Positions 29,101 to 39,741 are shown, counted from the first letter of the stretch. The stretch: 64,000 bases of DNA from an uncultured virus (IMG/VR IMGVR_UViG_3300010885_058378) (IMGVR_UViG_3300010885_058378:62001-126000), one strand, 5' to 3'. Numbers and translations: made by a program. The notes: generated by a model not told the origin, from the sequence alone.

Positions 29101-32100
29101 TTATGCTATATCAAACCAATTTTGAGAGTATCCTAACGAGCTGAAAGTAAATGAACCACCACTAACATTGTTACTTATAAATACTTGGGTAGTATTAGCT
29201 ATTACTATAATAATTCTACTTCTATCGCTTCCATCTGTATGAGTCCACACTTTAAAAATGGGACTCATATTTCCATAATTACTGAGCAGAATATTCCAAG
29301 AAGCCTTATTATCCGTTGACTGATATAGTTTCCCGTCAGTTGTTGCAATAATATATTTTCCACTACTGCTAGTAGTTACATATGTTCCATATCCGTATAT
29401 TATCTTGTCTACATTAAACATACTATTTTGTGTAGATGATGTTATAACACTCCAATTTATTCCGTTACTACTGGTCATCACATTCATTCCTGCTCCATAT
29501 GGTCTATTTCCTATTATTATAAACTCATTATTAAGATATTCTAATGACGAACAAGGCACAATTTGTCCACTAAATGATCTTACTGTCCATGTTAATCCAT
29601 CCGGTGATGTTGCACAGGAGCCTGAGTTGTCTGTAGCAGCAACAATGGTGTTGGCCCCATAAGCAATTCCTTTCCAATTAGCATAAGCTGGTAATGTAGA
29701 ATAAGTAAAATCATAAACACTACCATTTAAGAACTTAATAATAGCAACTTGAGAACTAGTATTTGATGTTAATATAAAGTTGTTATTAATAGGATCATAT
29801 GTAGAATTAATCCACAAGGCGCTAGTACTCGGTATCTCATTTGATATATCATATGATTGCCAAGTCATGCCATTATCAGTAGAATAATTAATTATATAAC
29901 TAGCATATGCTGCAGCAACGAATACTCCATTACCATAACAGATTGTTGTCCAATTTTGATTATCTGGTAAGTTCTTTAAAACAAAAAGACCACCATAGGT
30001 TTGAGATACCATAGCCTTGTTATTGCCATACGATACAGCAACAGCATTGGCTTGAGGTATAGATATTGTTGGTGTTACGGTTACTGTTGAAGTGGGGGTG
30101 GTCGTTGGGGTGACGCTAATAGTAGGAGTAACTGTTATTGGGGTAGTTGTAACAGTATTTGTTATGCTTGGGGTTATAGTAATTGTTGGACTAACACTAG
30201 CTGTTGGAGTCGCAGTATTCGTGGAAGTTATTGTTGGGGTGGGGGTGGTAGTTTGACTATTAGTTGGAGTAACGCTAATTGTTGGAGTAACTGTTGCTGT
30301 TGATGTTATACTCGGTGTTATTGTTCTAGTTGGAGTAGTAGTAGCAGTTGTACTACTAGTAGGGGTAACTGTTATTGTTGGACTAATACTAATTGTTGGA
30401 GTCGCAGTATTTGTGGAAGTTATTGTTGGGGTGCTTGTTGGCGTATTTGTTACGCTTGGTGTTATGCTAATTGTTGGCGTGATTGTATTAGTAGGAGTAA
30501 TTGATGGAGTATTCGTCGTCGTTATAGATGGTGTGGAACTATTAGTTGAAGTTACTGTATTGGTAGGAGTTACTGTTTTCGTTGGCGTTGTAGTTAAGGT
30601 AACACTCGGCGTTATGGTATTGGTAGCGGTATTACTTGGTGTTATAGTGCTTGTGTTCGTTTTAGTAGGGGTTATACTATTAGTTGGCGTATTGCTAGGT
30701 GTTGTTGTGGGTGTTTTTGTTTGTGTTGGGGTAGGGGTCAGAGTAGTAGACTGAGCAACAAAAGAGAACTCCCTCTCTGCTCCATCATAAATAACCTCAC
30801 CATTATTATTCAGTCTACCGGCTGCTGCTTTAAATGTATAGGTTCTTCCATTCACCATCCTTAATCTAACATCATTATAGTTTAGTGTTATGCTACCATT
30901 AGCATTTATGCCATCATAATCATCACTAAAATTAAGACTATCACAAGCTAAATGATAGCCACCAAAAATTGAGTTAGCAGGTATTGTTGGGGAGACAAAA
31001 TTAATTGTAAAAGATTGTGCCGATGTTGTAACTGATACAGTTGGTTGCCCTATTGGTGAACCAATATTTAAAACAGGAACAGTCAAGCTAGCAGATCCAA
31101 TTGTTCCACAATTTGTTAGATTATTATCACAAGCACTAACATAAAAAGTTACAGTACTACCAGCAGATGGAAAAGTATTAGCTTCATAATAGCTGAAGAC
31201 ACTGTTGTTTGCAGTAATACCCTCATCTCCAATTCCAGGAACACTAGACTCTACTCTATAATTAATTGGTCCTGTGTTTGTTGATAATATATTTAAGTTT
31301 TCTGGATAATTCCAGGAAATACTAAAAGATGGCTGATTATTAGTAATAATAGTTTGTACAACAATGTTCGTAGGAGCAGTTGCTGGAAGATTAGCTGTTG
31401 ATAATGATATTGATTGATTTAATAATGAAATATTAGGCAATAATTTACCATCAAAAAACAATCCTTTATATAAAGCTTGTATATTATCGTTAATAAAAAC
31501 ACTATTTTGATAAATTAATTGTCCAAGATTTACCGGACTGCACATTGATTTGCTTGGAGTAACTGTTGGAGTAGATGTTTTAGTCGGGGTTGGAGTCTTA
31601 GTATTTGTTGGTGTTTTTGTCGGGGTTCTAGAATTAGTTACAGAAATTGTTGGAGTTATAGTAGGAGTAGATGTGTTTGTTGATGACGGCGTTTTAGTTT
31701 TAGTTACACTCGGAGTTACAGTTCTAGTAGCAGTTACTGTTAATGTACTTGTTTTTGTTGGTGTTTGAGTAACAGAACCTGTAGGAGTTTTTGTTAAAGA
31801 AACTGATGGAGTAACAGTATTTGATGGAGTAAGTGTCTGGGTTGGAGTTGGAGTTGGGGTGATACATCCAAGATTCGTTGGTCCATTAGCCACACCAGTT
31901 ACTGAGTCTGCAGTTACTGATGTTGGAACAGAATCACTTTTTGTAGAATAAGTCCAATAATCAGCTCCAGTTCCACCCTTATTTGGATCATAATAAGCAG
32001 CTTTATACCATTCATTCTCTGTTGGTATCCAGTAAGAGTTACTATTATTTTTTGATGGCTTACCAGTTCCTTGTATTATAAAACCAGATAAAGAATACAC

Positions 32101-32781
32101 TCCATCCTCTGTAGTTGAGTTGGATGGAACTCCTGTTGGTTTTCCATTACTTAGCCAGTTCACATATCTTGCAACACAAAACCAATTTATAAAATTAACT
32201 GGTTTATCTCCCATGTTTGCAAGAGAAGCATAAGAATATAATCCTGAAATTCCTGATCTAGAAATGCCTCCTCTTTGTGCAATATCTCCCATTTGAGAAA
32301 CCCACAAAGATAAGCTGTTAGAAGATATTGCTACTGCATTTAAAAATTCAACATATTCATTATTAGTTATTAGATATTTTTTAATTTGATAAGTATAGCT
32401 CACAGATCCAAGATTATTATTAGAAGAGTCAGAACTATTATTTGTGTTATTAATTAAAACATAGTTCTGTGAGTCTATGCTTGCCGAACTTTTTGCTATT
32501 CTAAAACCCAAATCACTTCTTTTAGAGTCAAAGAAGTTAATATCAGCATAAGTCTTTTTTAAAGAATCTCCATTGCTAGCAAATGATCCACCTCTAAAAA
32601 TTGGATAGCTATTACTTATAGTATCTAAAAGCTCATTAACATTTCCGCTTTGATCATATGTTCCGTAGTAACTAGGTTGTCCATTTGATCCTACAGAAGT
32701 AATATTACCAGTTAAAGCATTCCATGATGCTGAATTATTATAATTAGCGGTATTACAATTATTTAATAAATAACTCATCAC
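29101..32781 (-). CDS. Fibre/adhesin: permuted FGE-sulfatase (C-type lectin fold) domain, Thr/Pro-rich stalks, Ig/FN3-like region, C-terminal BNR/beta-propeller-like domain
   Basis: YGTYDQSGNV, RGGSF, LGFRIA, KPVNFINW, PTENEWYKAAYY; TPT/TPS repeats; W..I.YG.G.FVA and S.DG.TW repeats. Confidence 0.8.
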   Translation of the reverse strand: MMSYLLNNCNTANYNNSASWNALTGNITSVGSNGQPSYYGTYDQSGNVNELLDTISNSYPIFRGGSFASNGDSLKKTYADINFFDSKRSDLGFRIAKSSASIDSQNYVLINNTNNSSDSSNNNLGSVSYTYQIKKYLITNNEYVEFLNAVAISSNSLSLWVSQMGDIAQRGGISRSGISGLYSYASLANMGDKPVNFINWFCVARYVNWLSNGKPTGVPSNSTTEDGVYSLSGFIIQGTGKPSKNNSNSYWIPTENEWYKAAYYDPNKGGTGADYWTYSTKSDSVPTSVTADSVTGVANGPTNLGCITPTPTPTQTLTPSNTVTPSVSLTKTPTGSVTQTPTKTSTLTVTATRTVTPSVTKTKTPSSTNTSTPTITPTISVTNSRTPTKTPTNTKTPTPTKTSTPTVTPSKSMCSPVNLGQLIYQNSVFINDNIQALYKGLFFDGKLLPNISLLNQSISLSTANLPATAPTNIVVQTIITNNQPSFSISWNYPENLNILSTNTGPINYRVESSVPGIGDEGITANNSVFSYYEANTFPSAGSTVTFYVSACDNNLTNCGTIGSASLTVPVLNIGSPIGQPTVSVTTSAQSFTINFVSPTIPANSIFGGYHLACDSLNFSDDYDGINANGSITLNYNDVRLRMVNGRTYTFKAAAGRLNNNGEVIYDGAEREFSFVAQSTTLTPTPTQTKTPTTTPSNTPTNSITPTKTNTSTITPSNTATNTITPSVTLTTTPTKTVTPTNTVTSTNSSTPSITTTNTPSITPTNTITPTISITPSVTNTPTSTPTITSTNTATPTISISPTITVTPTSSTTATTTPTRTITPSITSTATVTPTISVTPTNSQTTTPTPTITSTNTATPTASVSPTITITPSITNTVTTTPITVTPTISVTPTTTPTSTVTVTPTISIPQANAVAVSYGNNKAMVSQTYGGLFVLKNLPDNQNWTTICYGNGVFVAAAYASYIINYSTDNGMTWQSYDISNEIPSTSALWINSTYDPINNNFILTSNTSSQVAIIKFLNGSVYDFTYSTLPAYANWKGIAYGANTIVAATDNSGSCATSPDGLTWTVRSFSGQIVPCSSLEYLNNEFIIIGNRPYGAGMNVMTSSNGINWSVITSSTQNSMFNVDKIIYGYGTYVTTSSSGKYIIATTDGKLYQSTDNKASWNILLSNYGNMSPIFKVWTHTDGSDRSRIIIVIANTTQVFISNNVSGGSFTFSSLGYSQNWFDIA
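30055..30750 (-). repeat. Thr/Pro/Ser-rich mucin-like coding repeat (~6-aa period, TP[T/S]xTx)
   Basis: About 230 aa of TPTITSTNTATPTISISPT...-type degenerate repeats. Confidence 0.9.
31550..31865 (-). repeat. Second Thr/Pro/Ser-rich coding repeat
   Basis: About 105 aa, TPTPTPTQTLTPSNTVTPS... Confidence 0.9.
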
Positions 32782-32798
32782 GTTTCCTTATAGGGCTA

Positions 32799-34298
32799 TC
32801 AACAACTTGTAGTTCCGCCACATTGAACCGTTAATGTGTCAGTAGCAGTTTCTCCTGATGTTAAATTAGTAGTAATAACCCTTAATGCTCTTGTGTTGCT
32901 GTCAGATAAATCTGAAGTTAAGCGAGTACCAAAGGTTATATTTCCATTAATGTCAGTAACGGCTATGCCGCTAATTGGTAAAGTACTGATTTTCCCATCA
33001 CTGATTGTTGGTATAAATTCATATCTATATGCTTGAGCCGGTGAGCCAACAATAGTAGCTGTTAGGTCTCTTGTTCCGGTGCAACAAGGATAACTTAAAC
33101 TTAGTAACGGAGCATTAGTAAATCCTACAGAGTATTTATCGAGACAATTAGAACAAATAATAGTAGACTCTGAGCTAGATACTTTAGAATTATTACAGTC
33201 TTGAGTTAGCTCCATCTTTAATTTGCATATTTTTTCTAATCTAGCAACACCATAAGATAATAATGTATTTATTGAATATGGCTCAACCCCAATAGTGTTT
33301 TGTGGACATAACCCTGTTGATGCACAAAACGACAGTCTAACAGATACTGTTTGGTTATCACTAGTTGGTACAATAACTCCACTATTTGGATATAAAACAA
33401 TTGGCCAATTAGCATCAGAAGTAAAAAATCTATAACTATACTTTTCTCCGGCCTTAAGATTTGAAAGAGTAGCAGATACTGTTGTTTTGCTAGTTGTGGA
33501 ACTGGTCAGAGTAACAGAGTTTGGTAGTGAAACTGTTGGTTTTGTTAAACAATTATCACAAACTATTGAAAAAGAAGTTTGAGTTTTTGTTTGCAAAGCA
33601 CTAATATCGATAGGAGTAATAGTTAGCTTAATTTTACCATAAAGTTCATCTCCAGCATAACACTGGTTAGACTGTTGATACTTTAGAATATCGCTTTGTG
33701 ATTTCTGACAATTATCTGATGAATTGCAAAAAGAAGCTAAGGAGCTAAGAATATATGTTTCTTTTGTTGATTGTATTGTGCCAGATGATGGCAGAATACT
33801 AATGGGCCAATTGCCATCAATTCCTTCAAACTTATATGTATATTCCTGATTTGGAATTAATCCACTAATAGTTATTGGTATATTGTTAGCATTTTTAGTA
33901 CTAGCATTAAGAGTAACATCAGGAGCTGATATGTCTATATTGGGTAAACAGGTGTCACATTCTACTAAACATGAACGACTATAAACAACGTTATTATTAT
34001 TAGAGTTGGTGATAACTAGGTCTAAAACAGTATATAATGTTGTATTATCAACAGACAATGTTGTTTGTTTAAGATTAGTTGTTGGAATGTTATAAAACAC
34101 ACTAGGGTCACTTGGTGAGCATGAAGCGGCACTTGGACAAAAGTATGCATAAGAATTTAGTTGTGGAGGATAAAAAACTCCTGAACGAGGCATAATTTTT
34201 ACTGGCCAATTCCCGCCTCTATTATTAAAAATAAAGTTATATTGTTCTTTATCATCTAATCCGTCCACAGATACATCTATAAGCTTGATTGTTGACAT
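32799..34298 (-). CDS. Putative virion protein with four Cys-containing beta-sandwich-like repeats
   Basis: Repeats of L...Y.Y.F....NWP..I.P.SG.I...FC....C...C.(N/T)CL. Confidence 0.65.
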   Translation of the reverse strand: MSTIKLIDVSVDGLDDKEQYNFIFNNRGGNWPVKIMPRSGVFYPPQLNSYAYFCPSAASCSPSDPSVFYNIPTTNLKQTTLSVDNTTLYTVLDLVITNSNNNNVVYSRSCLVECDTCLPNIDISAPDVTLNASTKNANNIPITISGLIPNQEYTYKFEGIDGNWPISILPSSGTIQSTKETYILSSLASFCNSSDNCQKSQSDILKYQQSNQCYAGDELYGKIKLTITPIDISALQTKTQTSFSIVCDNCLTKPTVSLPNSVTLTSSTTSKTTVSATLSNLKAGEKYSYRFFTSDANWPIVLYPNSGVIVPTSDNQTVSVRLSFCASTGLCPQNTIGVEPYSINTLLSYGVARLEKICKLKMELTQDCNNSKVSSSESTIICSNCLDKYSVGFTNAPLLSLSYPCCTGTRDLTATIVGSPAQAYRYEFIPTISDGKISTLPISGIAVTDINGNITFGTRLTSDLSDSNTRALRVITTNLTSGETATDTLTVQCGGTTSC

Positions 34299-34315
34299 TA
34301 CATTATACCTTTTAT

Positions 34316-35533
34316 TTATGAGTCTTGTATATTTTTTATATCTACAGATGAATTTATCGAGCTTGGTGCCGAATAATTCTTACATGTTAACTTTAAAACA
34401 TTACTATAGTGAATAATAGTAGGATAATCTTGATCAGTTAAAGATGCTCTTAATGTTATCGAAGGTCTATACCACGACTGTTTAGTTACGTTATTGTTTT
34501 GAGAAACGTATGTCAAAACGTTATTAGTATTACTAGGATACTGTTCTGTTGACGGGCAAAATACACCGTCTATTTTTATTGAATCTGTTGCTGAAGTAAT
34601 TTTTATTAGTCCTGTTGGATGAGAAACATAATAAGGCCATGTTGCCGATAGTGACTCTATTGAATATCTATATGTTTTATTTTTACTAAAATTTGTCAAA
34701 TTAACAGATAGTGTTTCTTTTTGGTTCTTGACTCTGTCATCCTCATTAGTAATACTAGAAGATATTATAGCTTGTGGCAAACAATCTATACACTTTATAG
34801 TAAACTCATTACTTAATACAGAGTCTCCATCATATGATTGTGGCGTTAATTCAAGTTGTAATATTATGTGCTTATCATTTAAGTTAGAAACTAAACATGA
34901 AACAGGAATATTATATTCTATATTTGATACGTTACAGTTCTGGGTTGTTGGAGATAGAGTCAGTATTGATTGTATTGATCCAGAAGTTGAGGTGGATCTT
35001 AATGTTCCACTAATAGGGGTTATATTGGCTGGCCAATTACTATTAATGGTATTGAATTTATATGAATATGTTTCATTAATCTGTAAATTATCGGCATTAA
35101 TATGTAAAAAACTACTATTTCCTGTCCTTGTATTTAAATCGACTGAATCAATACTAACTCTTGGTAATATATCGGGATCAGCAAAATTGGTTACTGTTCC
35201 ACCTAATACTGGTATGCTAAGTGGCAGAAATGATGTGTCTCTAACAATAAAATAATATGATAGTTTAGAGTCTAGATATTCTAATGTTGAATCGGGGTGT
35301 GGAATATAAGTATATTTTGTATTTCCTAATTCGTCAGTGGTTTCTGTTAGTTTTGTCCAAAATTTTAATATTTTACCATTAATGTCCTGACTACTATAAA
35401 TACTCCCGATTGACTGAATAAATCTATCATATATAATCTTGTCTGTTGTAGACAAATTTTGTGGTTTAGTTTTTAATGGTAGTTGTGCTTTGCCATTATA
35501 GTGTGTAATAAAAAATTGGCTATTTATAATCAT
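34316..35533 (-). CDS. Putative virion protein with two copies of the same NWP/Cys repeat
   Basis: NLQINETYSYKF..NWPANITPISG...CIDCL and NFSKNKTYRYSI..TWPYYVSHPTG...FC. Confidence 0.65.
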   Translation of the reverse strand: MIINSQFFITHYNGKAQLPLKTKPQNLSTTDKIIYDRFIQSIGSIYSSQDINGKILKFWTKLTETTDELGNTKYTYIPHPDSTLEYLDSKLSYYFIVRDTSFLPLSIPVLGGTVTNFADPDILPRVSIDSVDLNTRTGNSSFLHINADNLQINETYSYKFNTINSNWPANITPISGTLRSTSTSGSIQSILTLSPTTQNCNVSNIEYNIPVSCLVSNLNDKHIILQLELTPQSYDGDSVLSNEFTIKCIDCLPQAIISSSITNEDDRVKNQKETLSVNLTNFSKNKTYRYSIESLSATWPYYVSHPTGLIKITSATDSIKIDGVFCPSTEQYPSNTNNVLTYVSQNNNVTKQSWYRPSITLRASLTDQDYPTIIHYSNVLKLTCKNYSAPSSINSSVDIKNIQDS

Positions 35534-35576
35534 ATTTAATCCATTTATTTATGGTTTGTACTAATAATTACACCAT

Positions 35577-36674
35577 TTAGATATTTGACATACATATAGA
35601 ATCATTTAAAACTCTGCCACCAAGCTTAATTATAGATACTTCTGGAATAGGGGCTGGTAAACTATCTTTTGCTAAAAGGGTTGTATTTTTAATAGGCAAA
35701 AAAATTATTAAATTTGATAAACCAGTTGATACTTCCGGAATAAACTGTGCAATAATTTGATCTTTAACTTGATAGGTCCAATTATTATTCTGATCTAATA
35801 CAGTATAAAGGGGAGACTCTATTGTTGTTGATTCTGTACTTGTGAAACATCCGAAAATTGTTGTTAAAGAATAAATTCCAGAATATTCAATAGAATTACC
35901 AATTTGTTGGTTTAATTCAAATACTGTGTCAGATACTATACTTTTAACCGTTATTATTGCGCTGCCTGATCCACTATTCGCAAATACTATAATTATATTA
36001 GCATTTAATGTTACAGACTTACTGATAACTACTTTTGAGGCGGCTTCATCTATAGAAACAATTGACCCTAATAGTGTTCCGTCTTGCTTATATGCCAACA
36101 TGCCAACAGATAAGCTTGAGATATTAGCAAGAGTAATACTTGTTGATGATGATACTGCAGAAGATACTATTTTGGATACTCTGTTGAGTGATTGATCCAA
36201 TCCTGGTCCTTGGATCGTTGATCCAACCATAACGGATGATGTTGATTCATTATTTCCAGTTATTTGTATTAAACTACCACCATTAGGTCCAAAATTAGAA
36301 GAACTAGAACTCAATAATTTACCTGTAACAGAAACCACAGATTCTGGATAACAAACTATTAATATATAATCAGTATATATGATAGTATTATTTGTGTCTT
36401 TTATTACTAATCTTAATAGTGTTTTTGTTTGTGCTTTACGTAAAGATTTTATCTTAATAAATACTGTAGGATTAAATAAATTAGATCCAAAAATAGAATA
36501 AGAACCATTTGATGGCTCAAAACTTATAATATTAGCCGGGCTCTGTGGAAGACTAACGGGAGTATCAAAATACAGTATATATTGATTCTTCTGTTTTAGA
36601 TTAGATGGAGTTGGAAAGGATATAACTATCCCTTTTTCAGCCTCTTCTAAAGAATAATTAACAGTATTAATCAT
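35577..36674 (-). CDS. Putative fibre/virion structural protein
   Basis: Ser/Ile-rich and beta-rich; TSITLANISSLSVGM-type segments seen in phage fibres; context. Confidence 0.5.
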   Translation of the reverse strand: MINTVNYSLEEAEKGIVISFPTPSNLKQKNQYILYFDTPVSLPQSPANIISFEPSNGSYSIFGSNLFNPTVFIKIKSLRKAQTKTLLRLVIKDTNNTIIYTDYILIVCYPESVVSVTGKLLSSSSSNFGPNGGSLIQITGNNESTSSVMVGSTIQGPGLDQSLNRVSKIVSSAVSSSTSITLANISSLSVGMLAYKQDGTLLGSIVSIDEAASKVVISKSVTLNANIIIVFANSGSGSAIITVKSIVSDTVFELNQQIGNSIEYSGIYSLTTIFGCFTSTESTTIESPLYTVLDQNNNWTYQVKDQIIAQFIPEVSTGLSNLIIFLPIKNTTLLAKDSLPAPIPEVSIIKLGGRVLNDSICMSNI

Positions 36675-36687
36675 ATATTATATCCAG

Positions 36688-37245
36688 TTAAGATTGTGTA
36701 GCACATTTAATAGTAATAATTTTTTCAATTAATTTTTTACTATCTGTAATTGAAGATACTATGAATTTAAATATACTAATATTTTGTTGATTATTTGAAA
36801 TAGATAGATTTACTGGAACAACACCTTTTCTTACAGATATTGTTTCATTAGTTGTTGTCCCTGGTTTTGGGATTGTGTATTCAGAATACTTTACAGACTG
36901 TACGTTAATATCTGTTGGTAATGAATTTGTTGTCAATTCAACAAGCTCAAAAGAATACTGATAAGGATCTAATTTTAATTTACTAACTTCAAATTCTAAT
37001 ATTCCACCTAAGCAACAGAAATTTTCTACTATATCATTTCCTACTATTGTATTCTCATAATTTAGTACAATTTCTGGAGTAGGATCAAAGCAAATTTTTT
37101 GAGCTATCCATTCTACTATGGATCCATCCATAAGTTTTGTATACAGTCTTCCAGTAACGCTATTTATTACTAATTCTCCAACTAAAACCTGATCGACACT
37201 TGGAAAGCCATTACCGCTTTCGTCTCTTTTTAATAGTAGTTTCAT
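36688..37245 (-). CDS. Fibre-associated protein with N-terminal LKR...P...GEL.IN...GRLY attachment motif
   Basis: ATG at 37245 overlaps the upstream stop (ATGA). MKLLLKRDESGNGFPSVDQVLVGELVINSVTGRLYTK resembles N-termini common in phage fibre proteins. Confidence 0.6.
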   Translation of the reverse strand: MKLLLKRDESGNGFPSVDQVLVGELVINSVTGRLYTKLMDGSIVEWIAQKICFDPTPEIVLNYENTIVGNDIVENFCCLGGILEFEVSKLKLDPYQYSFELVELTTNSLPTDINVQSVKYSEYTIPKPGTTTNETISVRKGVVPVNLSISNNQQNISIFKFIVSSITDSKKLIEKIITIKCATQS

Positions 37246-39725
37246 ACTGAACATACTCCTGTAAATAATACTGTTCCGAAATCCCAGTTGCTTAATTGAT
37301 CTGTTTGTTGTTGAGAAACAGCATCAGGATCATCTTCTGGTAGAACATTACCAGAACTATAAATATAAGAAAAAGCGCTTTGACCAAAAGAGTTCCATGC
37401 TGATATTCTATAATAATAATTTATTTTAGATGTTGTGCCAGTAATTGTTTCTGTAGTATTAGTTATTAATTGATCAAGAGCGGAAACTGCAGGATCATAA
37501 CTTGGATAATATTGCCAAGTTAATCCATTATCAGATGATTCTTCTATTGAAAAACCCAATAAATTGGAAGATCCATTTTGTCCAGCGACCCATGATAATT
37601 TAATGTCTGAGTATGCGCTAGTATCAAATGTTCTGACTTGAGTCAAACCATATGGAGCCTTTGGAACAGATAATCCTGGAATTATTGTTGAAGAAGCATT
37701 GGAATATTCTCCTATACCAATATAGTTTTGAGCAGCAACCCTGAAGCGATATGAGGTCAATGGAGATAATCCAATTATAGTAGCCTTATTAGAATATGCA
37801 TTTGCTCTATTAATATAGAAATTACTACTATTGGGAATATCTGTCCAAGTTGAACCACCATTAGTAGAAAATTGTATTAGATAGTTTATTATCTGACTAT
37901 TACCGTCGCTTAATGGAATGGTCCAAGTTATCGAGGACTCTGAATTACCAGATCCATTATTGTCAGGATCCAACATTATATTAGATGGTTTTCCTGGTAT
38001 TGTTGGATTGCTCTTTGGTATTCTAGAAATTATTTTACCAGATTGATCTATTGTTAATAATGCATTTGGTATATATGGACCAGCATTATCTCCTGTGGGC
38101 TTGGGTCTGAGATATAGATTTTCTGAAATAATATTATCACTATATAGTGTTGATCTTACTGTTAGATCAGCATATGTTGTTATATATTTTTTAGTTTCGA
38201 CTACACCATTAATCTCAATTCCTGTAGGAATACTATCTATGGCATATGCCCCACTAGTATTAATCATAACCTTTGGCTTGGTATCATAAGACCATCCAGA
38301 AGGAATTAACTTAGCCCTATCCATATACTTGGTAAAGTATACTCCAGAAGTTGGACTTCCACTAACTGAATTTGGTATATTAGAATCAACCTTAAAAGCA
38401 GGTACTAATCCAACAGGAATATTATTTTCATTTAAATCAAAAATACTTGCATCATAATTTTCATGCAGAGTTTTTCTTTCTCCATAAATTATAAAATCAA
38501 TATTTTCACCAAGCATATTAAATGCAGTATGCGTATTGGGTCGAATACTAATACTATTTAATGTACTGGGCTTAAATTTTAATTCACTATTAGCAACATC
38601 CGACTGGGTGCAACTATATTTTTCTTTAGCTGTTCGTCCCAATTGCATATCAAGATACGCACCTTTTGTAATAGAGTAGGCGTATCCATTTCCGCTATAT
38701 GCTGTCTGATCCGCCCATGGAATTGGCGTACATATTTTTGCAACAAACCCAGCAACGGGATTGGAACTTGTGCCTTCTGGATCAACAATAGTAGTTTCTT
38801 TGAATAAAACTTCTAGTGGAGTTTGTAAATCTGGATTGGCTTCATCAGCGACATATGTGATTTGAGCAGCTAGTTTTATGTGAACGATCTCTCTTGTATC
38901 ATTACGAACTAATTCAATAGTGTCATATCCTTCACCTAATTCTTGTTTGAGAATTTCTAAGGTTGGGGTGTTTTTCCAATCTTGCGACCATATAGGCTTA
39001 TTTGCATAAAATATAATTTGACCATTCTCTATTTTTATTGGACGCCTTGGATATCTATTCCATAAAACCCCGTCTGCATTTAGATAAGATGCGGCTTGCC
39101 ATTCTGCTGGATTATTGACACCCATGTGAGTTAATATACTACCAGCATATCCTTGATAATTTGGAAATATTTGAATGCCACTAGTAAATGTTGTAATTGC
39201 ACCAATTTTAATGGATGGTGGAATTGGAGGATCTGATGAGGCTAAACCTTCTACATATTCTATACTTGGAAACGATTTAATCTCATGAGAATCTGGGCTG
39301 TTGATATTACCAGAACTAACATACAAAGGGCCATAACTATATGATGGCATAGTTAACATTGATAATCCAGTATTATATACTAGTTTATTATCTGGTATTC
39401 CTACTAAATCTTGTTCTCCAGATCTAAATACTATAGCTCCATCAGAACCAGGATATGCTGATACTACATGTCCTAAATTGTCTATTTTTTGTATGGATTG
39501 ATAATTTAAATTTTTAACTCGTAAACCACTAGCATCAACATACCCTTGAGATACTAACTGAATACCACTTGCTCCAACAAGCCACATATTTCCACTAGCA
39601 GCCAATTGGATGTTCTTATCTCCCAGGATATTATAATATTTTCCATCTATTTTTTTATTTCCGGTGTTAATACTAACTCCGGGCCAGCCGCTAGGTCCAA
39701 TAATTGTATACCAGGGATTACTCAT
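37242..39725 (-). CDS. Tail fibre-like protein with two C-terminal fibronectin type III domains
   Basis: PGKPSNI...ITWTIP.SDG...I.NY.I...GLSPLTSYRFRVAAQN..G.GEYS and a second copy ending YYYRISAWNSFG (~37360-38000). Confidence 0.8.
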   Translation of the reverse strand: MSNPWYTIIGPSGWPGVSINTGNKKIDGKYYNILGDKNIQLAASGNMWLVGASGIQLVSQGYVDASGLRVKNLNYQSIQKIDNLGHVVSAYPGSDGAIVFRSGEQDLVGIPDNKLVYNTGLSMLTMPSYSYGPLYVSSGNINSPDSHEIKSFPSIEYVEGLASSDPPIPPSIKIGAITTFTSGIQIFPNYQGYAGSILTHMGVNNPAEWQAASYLNADGVLWNRYPRRPIKIENGQIIFYANKPIWSQDWKNTPTLEILKQELGEGYDTIELVRNDTREIVHIKLAAQITYVADEANPDLQTPLEVLFKETTIVDPEGTSSNPVAGFVAKICTPIPWADQTAYSGNGYAYSITKGAYLDMQLGRTAKEKYSCTQSDVANSELKFKPSTLNSISIRPNTHTAFNMLGENIDFIIYGERKTLHENYDASIFDLNENNIPVGLVPAFKVDSNIPNSVSGSPTSGVYFTKYMDRAKLIPSGWSYDTKPKVMINTSGAYAIDSIPTGIEINGVVETKKYITTYADLTVRSTLYSDNIISENLYLRPKPTGDNAGPYIPNALLTIDQSGKIISRIPKSNPTIPGKPSNIMLDPDNNGSGNSESSITWTIPLSDGNSQIINYLIQFSTNGGSTWTDIPNSSNFYINRANAYSNKATIIGLSPLTSYRFRVAAQNYIGIGEYSNASSTIIPGLSVPKAPYGLTQVRTFDTSAYSDIKLSWVAGQNGSSNLLGFSIEESSDNGLTWQYYPSYDPAVSALDQLITNTTETITGTTSKINYYYRISAWNSFGQSAFSYIYSSGNVLPEDDPDAVSQQQTDQLSNWDFGTVLFTGVCSV

Positions 39726-39741
39726 GATTAATTTCCTCTAT

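Noticed and set aside
30055..30750. Possible CRISPR array or non-coding tandem repeat
   Set aside because: The repeats are degenerate, codon-phased and inside a long ORF, with no constant repeat plus unique spacers.
30413..31768. Val/Gly-rich + strand ORFs (30413-30754, 31550-31768) resembling membrane proteins
   Set aside because: They are antisense shadows of the Thr/Pro repeat codons.
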